A stretch of 64,000 nucleotides of DNA from a virus (taxonomy: Duplodnaviria; Caudoviricetes). A program made the position numbers and the translations under genes. The first letter of the stretch is position 1, and every line of letters starts with the position of its first letter. The notes below the pieces were generated by a model. That model worked only from the letters and a program-made list of their open reading frames with translations. It ran no database searches and had not been told where the DNA came from. Below, one piece after another: positions 40,825-50,447 of the stretch. The stretch covers positions 1-64,000 of the IMG/VR virus record IMGVR_UViG_3300005758_000017. The stretch is one strand, 5' to 3'.

Positions 40825-41448
40825 ATGAACACACAAGAAATTCCAGTTAGTGTCGAAGGATTTGTTGTCATCAAAGACTTAACAAATGACAGAGTCCTAT
40901 ACCAAGGCCGCAATGCTATACATCAAGAAAATATGAGTGTAGCATTGGCGCAGGCTCTTAGCCGCGGTGCAGGCTCTTTTGTTAGTGAAATGTGGTTTGG
41001 ATGCGGTGCCGCAATCATTGCAACTGACGGCACAATATCCTATAGAAAGCCAAACGTCAATGGCGTAAATGCTGACTTATACCAACCCACATATTTTAGA
41101 GTTATTGACGAAACAGACTACAATCGAGCGGCAGAATCCACTGACAATGTTACTATCGGGCACGTTGCTGGAACAAACTATGCAGATACTGTAGTAACAG
41201 TAACACTAAGCAACACTGATCCTTTAAAAGGAGCAAGTGAGTTTAACTTATACGATTATACAAATGGTAGCTTAGAAGCTACTGTTTATGACGGTGAATT
41301 TGAGTTCAATGAAATCGGACTAAAGACCAAGGGCGATAGTGGCTTAAAGTCTGGTAAATTGCTAACACATTTTATCTTTCACCCAGTCCAAAAAAGCGCA
41401 GATCAGACTATACAAATTGTGTATACCCTTAGAGTGCGGGCTGGATAA
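40825..41448 (+). CDS. Conserved virion structural protein (baseplate/fibre attachment)
   Basis: 207 aa, ending FNEIGLK...LLTHFIFHPVQKS...IVYTLRV. Confidence 0.6.
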   Translation: MNTQEIPVSVEGFVVIKDLTNDRVLYQGRNAIHQENMSVALAQALSRGAGSFVSEMWFGCGAAIIATDGTISYRKPNVNGVNADLYQPTYFRVIDETDYNRAAESTDNVTIGHVAGTNYADTVVTVTLSNTDPLKGASEFNLYDYTNGSLEATVYDGEFEFNEIGLKTKGDSGLKSGKLLTHFIFHPVQKSADQTIQIVYTLRVRAG

Positions 41449-41500
41449 ACGGATAAAACTAAATAGCATAATGGCAGTTTAGCCAAAAGGATACGAAGAA

Positions 41501-42472
41501 ATGGCATACAATGTAAACAAAAGTGATGGTTATTCGTTACTAACACTACTAGACGGTGAAGTAGATACTTCATACTCTAGCCTAGTACTGTTGGGGAAAA
41601 ACTATCTTGGCTACGGCGAAATTATCGCTGAAAATTTTATCCATCTAGTTGAAAATTTTGCAGGTAAAGACCGCGCAGAATTAAACGCTCTAAATGGTCA
41701 ACTCTATTACAATAGAGCACGTGGCCTGTTGCAAATCAACACAGGTGACGATTATACTACAAACGCTAACGACTGGAAAAACATTGTAGCATTTAACGAC
41801 GGTACTGGATTTGAACAAGCAGATATCAAAGAAAAGAATACAGGAATTTATCACCGTTGTATCAAGATTTTTGTTAAAAACGTTTTAGTTGGTATCCTAA
41901 GCAGTGATGGCGATTTTATACCTGATCCAAGTGAAGGCTTACAAGCTTTCTGCGGTGGCAATGTAGACGGCACAGATGCTAACTTAGGCGAAGGCGACTA
42001 TAACCACACAGGTACCATTGGTAAAGGCTTAAACTTAAACGCAAGTAGCGACTTTAAGATTCGCGGCGTTGCAGTTGAAGCTGAATTTGCCGACGTTGCT
42101 GAAATTTATGTAGGCGATGCAAGCTATGAGCCAGGCACATTAGTAGCACTTGGCGGCGAAGCCGAAGTAACACAAACAACATTAGTAGCAGATACAAACG
42201 TATTTGGTATTGTATCAACTCGTCCTGCTTACTTAATGAATGCAAAGCGTAAAAAAGATAAACATGCTCTTCCAATTGCCGTAGCTGGTCGTATCCCAGT
42301 TAAAGTTGTTGGCGCAGTTAAGCGTGGCGATCGTTTAGTATCGAGCGATATTCCTGGTGTTGCTAAAGCTGCCGTAGGCGATGAACCAGCATGGAGCATT
42401 GTTGGTAGAGCACTAAGTTCATTCTCAGGAACAGGCGTAGGCAAAGTAGAAGCCACAGTCGGAGCAAAATAA
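41501..42472 (+). CDS. Tail fibre protein with a C-terminal intramolecular-chaperone (peptidase G2-like) domain
   Basis: N-terminal LVLLGKNYLGYGEIIAENFIHLVENFA; C-terminal ADVAEIY...VFGIVSTRPAYLMN...GRIPVKV.G.VKRGDRLVSS. Confidence 0.7.
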   Translation: MAYNVNKSDGYSLLTLLDGEVDTSYSSLVLLGKNYLGYGEIIAENFIHLVENFAGKDRAELNALNGQLYYNRARGLLQINTGDDYTTNANDWKNIVAFNDGTGFEQADIKEKNTGIYHRCIKIFVKNVLVGILSSDGDFIPDPSEGLQAFCGGNVDGTDANLGEGDYNHTGTIGKGLNLNASSDFKIRGVAVEAEFADVAEIYVGDASYEPGTLVALGGEAEVTQTTLVADTNVFGIVSTRPAYLMNAKRKKDKHALPIAVAGRIPVKVVGAVKRGDRLVSSDIPGVAKAAVGDEPAWSIVGRALSSFSGTGVGKVEATVGAK

Positions 42473-43518
42473 TGCCAATCAGCCGCAAAGATAAAATCAC
42501 GGCTGAATACTTCAACTCATTAAAAGATAACGTTAATGAGTTGTATGGTGACATGCACGCCGGCGAAGGCCCTAGCAATGATCCATCTGTACAAGATGAT
42601 ATTCGTTGGGGCTGGGGCGGAGAAAATGTACCAGCAGTAGAACCCGGTGATAAAGTCACTGCCGATTACACAAACGAAATTGTTAATCGCATTAACATCA
42701 GTACATTAAGAACAAATAGTTCTGATACAGAATTAGTTGTTGTTGCCAGTGGCGATAAAATTACAGCTGAGTTTTTCAATACAGCAACAAATTTATTAGA
42801 AGGTGCTCGCAACTCTAGAAACGAAGTTGATCCAGCACTTACTACTATTTCAACGTTGGCAACATTTAGCAGTAATGACGTTCCACCTTGGCATACACAA
42901 TTAAGCAATACAATTACTTTAGATTTTGGTGGTTACGAAAGCGCCCGACATTTTTTCAATGCCGGTGGCGATATCCGTTTATCACTTAGCGCATCAGATG
43001 GTTCCAGCGCCGGTTATAGAATTTGGCGTAGTATCTTTGTTGATATGGGAACATTGAAACTAAATGTAGCAGACGCAATTAGCTTAAACAATCGAGGTAT
43101 CACGCAGGGCCGAGGTTTTTCCGAATTAACATACAGTGATGAGCTACTATACACAAGCCCAGCTGGTGGCGGTGGCGGCTATGGTGGTTACGGCGGCTAT
43201 GGTGGTTACGGAGGCTATGGAGGCTATTGTGGTTACGGAGGCTATGGTGGTTACGGTGGCTATGGTGGTTACGGTGGCTATGGTGGTTACGGCGGTGGCG
43301 GCTACGCTTCTAGCCGTTTAAAGCTATTTGGATCTATTCAAGATAACAAGTTAGTCTTGCGTACCTTATTGGATCACCTAGGTTTAGGATGCGTTGTAAA
43401 TGGAAAAGTATACATGACTGTTACAATGAGCCATCCAAATACAGTTACTGAAAACGGTGTTACACTTACACTTCCAACCCCTTCAGTAACACAATCAATT
43501 CCTTGGCACATCGTCTAA
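42472..43518 (+). CDS. Putative fibre/collar structural protein with a (GGY)n insert
   Basis: 348 aa. Three K(I/V)TA(E/D)xxN motifs, ARHFFNAGGDI, and a 47-aa Gly/Tyr tract. Confidence 0.7.
   Translation: MPISRKDKITAEYFNSLKDNVNELYGDMHAGEGPSNDPSVQDDIRWGWGGENVPAVEPGDKVTADYTNEIVNRINISTLRTNSSDTELVVVASGDKITAEFFNTATNLLEGARNSRNEVDPALTTISTLATFSSNDVPPWHTQLSNTITLDFGGYESARHFFNAGGDIRLSLSASDGSSAGYRIWRSIFVDMGTLKLNVADAISLNNRGITQGRGFSELTYSDELLYTSPAGGGGGYGGYGGYGGYGGYGGYCGYGGYGGYGGYGGYGGYGGYGGGGYASSRLKLFGSIQDNKLVLRTLLDHLGLGCVVNGKVYMTVTMSHPNTVTENGVTLTLPTPSVTQSIPWHIV
43165..43305 (+). repeat. 9/18-bp tandem repeat encoding G5Y(GGY)5CGY(GGY)6G4Y
   Basis: Mostly alternating ggNggctat / ggtggttac units with synonymous variation. 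Confidence 0.95.
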
Positions 43519-43545
43519 TTGGTTAGAGTGTATTATATGCGTTGG

Positions 43546-43551
43546 TAAATA
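43546..43551 (+). promoter_or_regulatory. Late promoter motif TAAATA heading the tailoring cluster
   Basis: TTGGTAAATA, flanked by the inverted repeat ATATGCG/CGCATAT (43535-43562). Confidence 0.65.
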
Positions 43552-43584
43552 ACAGCGCATATTATATAATTCTGGAACCAGTGA

Positions 43585-43932
43585 ATGGACGATAAAAAAC
43601 TCAACGAGGCTTTAGCCTTTGCAAATTATAGGCTCACCTTACAGGTACAGCGTCAAAACATTGAGGCTAGAGTTGAAGCGGCTCTATTAGTATCACACAA
43701 CGGTGCCCTTTTTAAATCAACACAACAACTTATTAACTTTGTTGCACTTAGGCTAATGCGACAAGAAGCCATTTTGGTTGAAGATAACAGCAATAATGTT
43801 ATTACTATACAAGATGGTGAAGAATTCTTAAAACTATTGCTGACTGCATACGACTCTGCTATGCAATTAAAGCAAGACGAACAAAAGCGTTTAAAGTCAG
43901 CACGAAGTACGGCTAAAATTGTAGGACTCTAA
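43585..43932 (+). CDS. Hypothetical protein (possible fibre assembly chaperone)
   Basis: 115 aa and helical; first gene of the cluster. Confidence 0.55.
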   Translation: MDDKKLNEALAFANYRLTLQVQRQNIEARVEAALLVSHNGALFKSTQQLINFVALRLMRQEAILVEDNSNNVITIQDGEEFLKLLLTAYDSAMQLKQDEQKRLKSARSTAKIVGL

Positions 43933-43933
43933 A

Positions 43934-44812
43934 ATGAGCAGCCGCGGCTTCATGATGTTCGCTTACAATAACGAACAACTGGACTACACTCAACTTGCAT
44001 TAGTTGCTGCCTATGCTGTAAAAAAGCACATGCCGGATTATCCTGTAGTGCTAGTTACAAATCAACAAAGTTTGGAACATTGTAAAAATACACATGGTCC
44101 ATTGATGATGAAGGCAGCATTTGACGATATCATTCTAACCAACCCAGAATATGAGCGCAACATGCGTTTACACCACGATGGCGCATATCACAGCTTCAAC
44201 GCACAATTTACAAACACAAATAAGCACGACATTTATAACCTAAGTCCGTTTGACGAAACAATTTTAATTGATACTGACTACCTATGCGGCAATGATAACT
44301 TGTCAAAGTTATTTGGTGGACAACATGATGTTGCTATGTATAGAGATGCCCGCAACTTGCGATGCGAAGAACCTTATACAACAGAACGCTGGTTACACTA
44401 TGCCGGTATTCGTATGTGGTGGTCAACAGTAGTGTATTGGCGTAAAAGTGAAGAAGCAGAACATTTTTTTAATATTTGGGCCGCAGTTAAAAAGAATTGG
44501 GAATACTATCGCTTCTTGTACAAGTTTCCAGGCACATTGTATCGTACAGACTACTCCGCCTCTATTGCCGCGCACATGTGCGATGGCTGGGTAGACGGTG
44601 GCTTCATTGGACAGATTCCCAACTTCATGCGCTATCAAGATCAGCGCGATGACATTGTTGAAGTGCTAGGACCTAACCACTGGGTAATGTTAAGCAACTT
44701 ACCCGAAGAGTGGAAGAACATGGTAGTGGAAATTAAAGGCGAAGATGTACATTTAATGAACAAGAGAAGCATACTTCGAAACTATGACAAAATCATGGAG
44801 AACTTAGCATGA
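43934..44812 (+). CDS. GT-A fold glycosyltransferase (DxD)
   Basis: Motifs RGFMMFA, LSPFDETILIDTDYL and MWWSTVVYWRK. Confidence 0.7.
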   Translation: MSSRGFMMFAYNNEQLDYTQLALVAAYAVKKHMPDYPVVLVTNQQSLEHCKNTHGPLMMKAAFDDIILTNPEYERNMRLHHDGAYHSFNAQFTNTNKHDIYNLSPFDETILIDTDYLCGNDNLSKLFGGQHDVAMYRDARNLRCEEPYTTERWLHYAGIRMWWSTVVYWRKSEEAEHFFNIWAAVKKNWEYYRFLYKFPGTLYRTDYSASIAAHMCDGWVDGGFIGQIPNFMRYQDQRDDIVEVLGPNHWVMLSNLPEEWKNMVVEIKGEDVHLMNKRSILRNYDKIMENLA

Positions 44813-45513
44813 CTTTCTTTGTAATTGTTAGACCCGGTGAGGATAGCCTAGCAGAAGTATCTAGATTAGACATTGGCTTTGTTCAACCTGGTGCAAAGGT
44901 AGAGTTAGTTAAAATTGAAAGTATGGATCCTGCGGAACAACTGAAGACGATTGCTTCTTTAAATTTTGAATCTGGTGATGTTTTATGTCTTGCTGGATTA
45001 TGTGTTAGAAGAACAACACTTGATGTTATCGAACTTGCTAAACAATCAAAGTTAAATTATACACCTGGCTATGGTATGGATCATCGTGGCGTTGAGATAC
45101 CACCAGGTAAAATAAGCATTAGACAATCAATAGAAAAAAATTGCCAGTCTACATGGCCCTACTTGTTAGTAGTCGGCGATCCTGAATCAGCTAAACTAAG
45201 TTTTGATTTGTTTCAGCATTTAGATCCAAATGATTACTGGCCTAACTATGTTCCAGACCCTGTTGATTTATTGCATCTCATTGGAGTAGTTGTATCAACT
45301 GGTTATTGGCAATCACCAGACTGGTTTAAACTAGTTGATTTGAGTATCCGCGATTTAGAAATTGCTCCAATAATGTACGCTAGCCATACATGGCACGACT
45401 GGATTGCATTTTATCCAGCTAATGGAAATTTTAAGTTGGAAAACCACAGCCAACTTTCTCCGGTCTGGCTCGCAGGTAGCACAAAGCCACTGGAGCATTG
45501 GAAACGTGGCTGA
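44809..45513 (+). CDS. Hypothetical protein, possibly a divergent glycosyltransferase-like subunit
   Basis: 234 aa, overlapping its neighbours in the operon; no clear catalytic motif. Confidence 0.5.
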   Translation: MTFFVIVRPGEDSLAEVSRLDIGFVQPGAKVELVKIESMDPAEQLKTIASLNFESGDVLCLAGLCVRRTTLDVIELAKQSKLNYTPGYGMDHRGVEIPPGKISIRQSIEKNCQSTWPYLLVVGDPESAKLSFDLFQHLDPNDYWPNYVPDPVDLLHLIGVVVSTGYWQSPDWFKLVDLSIRDLEIAPIMYASHTWHDWIAFYPANGNFKLENHSQLSPVWLAGSTKPLEHWKRG

Positions 45514-46480
45514 CATTCAATTTGAATTACGAAAGCGTAAAAAGGTACGACAAGACTTTTGGTCTATCAAGTACAACGTTCACAATGGCTACATAGAATC
45601 CATTGAGCCTGGAAACAAGCTTTTACCTGATCATTTAGTTGTATCTTATGCTAAAGTAAAAGACATATTAGCAGGCAAGCTAAATCAAAATGATTACCGC
45701 GTTACGTTTAACGAAAAGCTAGGAGCACTAGATTTAGTTGACATAAAGCGACCGACAGAATTTAGAAAAAAGCATGTTTGGGTAGGATGGCTAAGTGCAG
45801 GCGAAGATGAACTAAATGTACTATGCCCTTTAAGAGTTATATTGTTTGCAGATACTGGTATATTACGAGTTGAAGCAAATAGAGAGTGGTCTACAAGTTT
45901 GCGTGAAACTATGGACCGAAAAACAGATCTAGAAGACATACCATTTTTTATTAGCGACATTGAAGATCCGCATCAGTTGTTGGGTCAGGAACACATATCG
46001 TTAGTGGATATAATTGAACGTGGATTTTGGGAAAAGCGTTTGTGGGCGTTTATGGACCATGATAATGTGCAAAGACTATTATATCAAGGCCTACAAATTC
46101 GAATCAACATGCCTCCAGTTGCTAGCGATTTGTCGTTTACTAGGATGAGTCAGTATAGCCCATTCACTGGTATTGTTGAAGAGTCATCAATTATTAGCCA
46201 TATTGGCCGCGGTAGGCATATTTCTGTATTTGCAAAAGATGGAGGCATATGGGCGCAGAGCCACTATGAAAAAGGAAATGCAATTGATCATCTAGTAGGG
46301 AACTTACGAGTAGCTATAGTTCGAGACAATGATCCAGATGCATTTGTAGCATGGGCAGAAATGCCAGCACTAATGTTAAGACAACAGTATCCTTTTGAAA
46401 TACTAACAAATTGGGAGTACCAGAGCCCTCCAAGTTTGTTATATAAGGCTAACAATATCGATATAGGAGTTATTTCTTGA
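45506..46480 (+). CDS. Hypothetical protein
   Basis: Long ORF. The start is re-placed at GTG 45506 (MADIQFELRKRKK), overlapping the upstream stop. Confidence 0.65.
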   Translation: MADIQFELRKRKKVRQDFWSIKYNVHNGYIESIEPGNKLLPDHLVVSYAKVKDILAGKLNQNDYRVTFNEKLGALDLVDIKRPTEFRKKHVWVGWLSAGEDELNVLCPLRVILFADTGILRVEANREWSTSLRETMDRKTDLEDIPFFISDIEDPHQLLGQEHISLVDIIERGFWEKRLWAFMDHDNVQRLLYQGLQIRINMPPVASDLSFTRMSQYSPFTGIVEESSIISHIGRGRHISVFAKDGGIWAQSHYEKGNAIDHLVGNLRVAIVRDNDPDAFVAWAEMPALMLRQQYPFEILTNWEYQSPPSLLYKANNIDIGVIS

Positions 46481-47448
46481 AAACCCCAATTAGTGAATTT
46501 GACGTAGTGTTTATCAGCTACGACGAACCAAATGCAGATGAGAATTATGCAGACTTGCTTGAAAAGTGTCCATGGGCCAAACGCAGTCATGGCGTGTATG
46601 GTAGCGATGCTTGCCATAAAGCCGCGGCAAAGTTAGCCGAAACAGAACGCTTTATTACAATTGATGCTGACAATAAAGTTCGACCAGACTTCTTTGAGCT
46701 CGAACTAGATTTGTCAAGATTTGATCGAAGTGATGTGTTATCTTGGTCGGGTAAGAATGTTATCAATGGACTTGTTTATGGCAACGGTGGTGTTAAACTT
46801 TGGCCTAAAAAAGTTGTAGAACAAATGCGAACACACGAAGCAGTGGATGGCGGTGCTGGCGCAGTTGACTTTTGCTGGGATATTCATTACCATCAGTTAA
46901 ACAACATCTACTCAGATGTTTACAACAACTCGACTCCATATCAAGCATATCGCGCAGGCTTCCGCGAAGGTGTAAAGTTAGCTCTCATCGATGGACGCCC
47001 AATGGACTGGCGTCAAATTGCCGACAAAAACAACTTTAAAAATCATCGTCGCTTGTTGGTATGGATGAGCGTTGGCGCAGATGTACAAAATGGTCTATGG
47101 GCCATGTACGGCGCACGACTAGGTTGCTATCTAACAAACTTACGCAAGGATTGGGACTATACCCTTGTAAGAGATTTTGAATGGCACAATGCTTACTGGT
47201 CAGAAGAAGTTATGCCGCAGTTTGCTGGCACAGAAGTTACTTGTCCTGTTAGCAAGTATTCATACGATACATCCAAGCTATGGGCAGAAACTAAAAAGCT
47301 AGGCAAGGTATTACATCAAGACTTACGTTTAGAAATTGCCGACCTTGACGAAGCAGGCAGCAGATTCTTCAAAGCAAGTTATTTTAACCCACATCGCCTT
47401 GGCCCAACGGTCAAAGAAAGTGATGTAGAACAATTTATTGCGGAGTAA
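46477..47448 (+). CDS. GT-A-like glycosyltransferase, paralog 1
   Basis: Motifs FISYDEPNADENY, ITIDADN, YGNGGVKLW and RAGFREGVKL. Confidence 0.7.
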   Translation: MKTPISEFDVVFISYDEPNADENYADLLEKCPWAKRSHGVYGSDACHKAAAKLAETERFITIDADNKVRPDFFELELDLSRFDRSDVLSWSGKNVINGLVYGNGGVKLWPKKVVEQMRTHEAVDGGAGAVDFCWDIHYHQLNNIYSDVYNNSTPYQAYRAGFREGVKLALIDGRPMDWRQIADKNNFKNHRRLLVWMSVGADVQNGLWAMYGARLGCYLTNLRKDWDYTLVRDFEWHNAYWSEEVMPQFAGTEVTCPVSKYSYDTSKLWAETKKLGKVLHQDLRLEIADLDEAGSRFFKASYFNPHRLGPTVKESDVEQFIAE

Positions 47449-47451
47449 TCA

Positions 47452-48324
47452 TTGCTAGATGTTTTCTTCATTACAATGGGAGAAGAAGGTAGCGATGCTA
47501 ACTGGCATCGCTTATTAGAGTTTGCCCCAAATGCCAAGAAGATAGAAAATGTCAAAGGCATTTACAATGTGCATCGTGAATGCGCTAAACAAAGCACAAC
47601 TAAAAACTTTTGGGTAGTTGATGCAGACGCTTGGATAGTTGATAATTTTTCTTTCGAATGGCAACCAGATGCTAACACAAAACATTGGGGTACACCTGAA
47701 GATGAGTGTGTTATTGTCTTTTCTAGTTTAAATCCAGTAAATGGACTAACATACGGCTATGGTGCTGTAAAGCTTTTCCCAAGGCAACCTTTTTTAGATG
47801 AAAAGAGTTGGCAAATTGACATGAGCTCGTCTATTGCTAAGGTTGTTCTATCTAAAGATATTATCAGTTGCGAAACACGATTTAATTCTACACCAGAGTC
47901 TGCATGGATTGGTGCATTTAGGGAATGTGCTAAATTAGCAAGCCTGTCTATGGTAAAAACTCGCATTCGTAAAATTGTTCAAACAGAAGAACAAGCATTA
48001 AAGGATTTAGAATCATATATCAGATCTCAAAGTTGGGAAGATACCAAAAGATCAAATTATAGAAAAACTCAAACCTTACTAATACAAGAAAGATACAAAG
48101 ACGAAAAAAGTATTTTTACGTACTGGGAAGAAATAGAAACACATAGCCACAGAAGATTAACATGGTGTACACATGGATGGAATCAACATAATGGAAAGTT
48201 TTCTATACTTGGTGCACAGGCTGGTAGTAAATTTGGTTTAGAAAACAGCGATGACTTGAGCACTCTAAATCTTATCAATGACTGGGATTGGTTGAAGAAG
48301 GAATTTAAAAATGTCAATGTTTAA
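47452..48324 (+). CDS. GT-A-like glycosyltransferase, paralog 2
   Basis: Motifs WVVDADAW, YGYGAVKLFP and GAFRECAKL. Confidence 0.7.
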   Translation: MLDVFFITMGEEGSDANWHRLLEFAPNAKKIENVKGIYNVHRECAKQSTTKNFWVVDADAWIVDNFSFEWQPDANTKHWGTPEDECVIVFSSLNPVNGLTYGYGAVKLFPRQPFLDEKSWQIDMSSSIAKVVLSKDIISCETRFNSTPESAWIGAFRECAKLASLSMVKTRIRKIVQTEEQALKDLESYIRSQSWEDTKRSNYRKTQTLLIQERYKDEKSIFTYWEEIETHSHRRLTWCTHGWNQHNGKFSILGAQAGSKFGLENSDDLSTLNLINDWDWLKKEFKNVNV

Positions 48325-49282
48325 AGTAGCCATGAAAAGTCCTGTACGAAATAATACTTTAGCAGATTTCCCTGTAGTATTTTTAAGTTTCGACGAACCT
48401 AATGCAGACAAGCATTGGGCAATGCTTCAAGCAGTTACCCCGCATGAAAATATTGCAAGGGTACACGGTGTTGTTGGATTTGATACTGCACATAAAACAG
48501 CGGCCGCACAATTTCCCAACAGTGAATATGTTATCACAGTTGACGCCGATAACCAAGTTGATTCTAAATTTTTTAAATGCCCGGCACCTGTTGGCATGAA
48601 TGGTAAGGTAAGCTACACATGGGGAGGTCGTCAATACACAAACGGTCTAATGTATGGCAACGGTGGCCTCAAGTTATGGAGTACTGAGCATCTTGCCAAC
48701 ATGAAAAGCCACGAGCTAGCAGATGAAGAACGCGATGCTGTGGACTTTTGTTGGGACGCAAGTCGCTATAAAGAACTACCAGGATGCTGGAGCAATGTTT
48801 ATACAAATGGTAGCCCTTATCAAGCATTTCGCGTAGGCTTTCGCGAAGGTGTAAAACTTTCAATGGATCAAGGAAGGCTACTTTCATTTGATGAGTGGAG
48901 TACTTCAATGCACGCCGCCAACTTTCAACGATTGCTAACCTGGATGACAGTTGGATCAGATGTTGATAACGGTATATGGAGTGTGTATGGAGCACGCCTT
49001 GCAGTATATCTATTACAATATGAAAACTTTGATTTTGTGCAAATTAGAGACTATGATTGGTTTAAAAGTTTCTTTAAACTATATGCTTCAGCAGATCCAG
49101 TAAAGGCTAGCAAGTCTATCGGCAAAAAAATAAGCAACGGTCTGGATTGGATACTTCCAGACTTTGATGCAGAGCAAAGTAATTTTATTAAAATGATACA
49201 GCTACACCCTTCTAAACCGTTAACAAACGAAGATGTAAAGTGGCAAACAAATTTAAGTATGTTTGGATGGTTCAATGGATAA
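48311..49282 (+). CDS. GT-A-like glycosyltransferase, paralog 3
   Basis: Motifs FLSFDEPNAD, ITVDADN, YGNGGLKLW and RVGFREGVKL. Confidence 0.7.
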   Translation: MSMFKVAMKSPVRNNTLADFPVVFLSFDEPNADKHWAMLQAVTPHENIARVHGVVGFDTAHKTAAAQFPNSEYVITVDADNQVDSKFFKCPAPVGMNGKVSYTWGGRQYTNGLMYGNGGLKLWSTEHLANMKSHELADEERDAVDFCWDASRYKELPGCWSNVYTNGSPYQAFRVGFREGVKLSMDQGRLLSFDEWSTSMHAANFQRLLTWMTVGSDVDNGIWSVYGARLAVYLLQYENFDFVQIRDYDWFKSFFKLYASADPVKASKSIGKKISNGLDWILPDFDAEQSNFIKMIQLHPSKPLTNEDVKWQTNLSMFGWFNG

Positions 49283-50447
49283 AAATGCAGAGCTACGTAG
49301 CGCACTAATTTATTTTGTAGATGAAGCGATAGGCTGGCGCAAAAGCCTACATCATTACCAGCGTTGGATTGAGACTGGTGAGCAAGACGAATTAGAAAAG
49401 TTAATCATTGAAGTAGGTAGAGAACATTTCTTTGACTTTTATCCTTTGCTAAATGCAGTAAAGGAAGCAAATGACAAAGAAGGCTTCATAACCATTCACC
49501 ACGCACTTGAAAGAGGAATTTATATTCCTAGCACTTGGCAAGGCCCGGGCGGGAAGAAACTTGAACCTATAAATTTAGAGTTAAGCGATAATTTGTTTAA
49601 TAGCACCGGTAGCTGGTGGCGTTTGCGAGACTGGACTGAAAACAATGTTAAAACACATGGCATAGACGGCCTGTCGGTTATAGCACTAGCATATCAAATT
49701 ATCATTGATGCACGATCTAATTTTTTTAGACTGTTTGACTTATTTGAAATTCTATTAGGTAGTAATACTTTACTATCATGTATTACAAACACAGACATTG
49801 GTAAGTTTGGAAATGCAGTTGCTACATATTATCCGTTGCAAGCCAAACACATTAACAAGTTAGCAACAGCAGTTAGCAACAATCAGAATTTAAATTGGAA
49901 AGATGCTTTAAGCAGAAATCAGGTTAAAAGTAAACTATGGCTAATAGACCAGCTCGAAGAGTTAAAACTTTACCCTTCAAAAAGAAAAATAACAGATCCG
50001 GAGCACACTACATTTATTGTTGGAGGATGGGTCGGACTGCTTCCTTTCTTAGCTTCAATGAAGGGTAAGTATTTTGATACTATAGTTAACATCGACATTG
50101 ACAAATCAGTTCATCCGGCCGCTGATGAACTTAATTTAGGTTTGTTCCCAAAGTTTAAAAACTTATCCGACGATGTTAGAACTATTGACTTTGGAAAATT
50201 TAAAAATGCACTCATTGTTGATACAATAGTAGAACATTTTGAAGACCATAGCGCCTGGGTAAAAACTTTACCCAAAACAGTTAATATTGTACTTCAAGGA
50301 AATGATATGTTCCACGTGCCTGATCATGTTAATTGTCATGGTTCGTTAGAAGAATTTGAAAAGTCATGTGGACTTACGGACATTAAATGGTATGGAGAAC
50401 TATCGTTGTTTAAATGTAATCGGTACATGGCTATAGGTAAAGTATGA
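49275..50447 (+). CDS. Class I SAM-dependent methyltransferase-like protein with an N-terminal extension
   Basis: IVGGWVGLL (motif I-like), NIDID and NTxxEH-like DTIVEH. The start is placed at ATG 49275. Confidence 0.6.
   Translation: MDKNAELRSALIYFVDEAIGWRKSLHHYQRWIETGEQDELEKLIIEVGREHFFDFYPLLNAVKEANDKEGFITIHHALERGIYIPSTWQGPGGKKLEPINLELSDNLFNSTGSWWRLRDWTENNVKTHGIDGLSVIALAYQIIIDARSNFFRLFDLFEILLGSNTLLSCITNTDIGKFGNAVATYYPLQAKHINKLATAVSNNQNLNWKDALSRNQVKSKLWLIDQLEELKLYPSKRKITDPEHTTFIVGGWVGLLPFLASMKGKYFDTIVNIDIDKSVHPAADELNLGLFPKFKNLSDDVRTIDFGKFKNALIVDTIVEHFEDHSAWVKTLPKTVNIVLQGNDMFHVPDHVNCHGSLEEFEKSCGLTDIKWYGELSLFKCNRYMAIGKV

Noticed and set aside
43165-43305. CRISPR-like or RiPP-precursor interpretation of the GGY repeat
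   Set aside because: The units are 9/18 bp with no spacers and lie in frame inside a 348-aa structural gene, not a free precursor.
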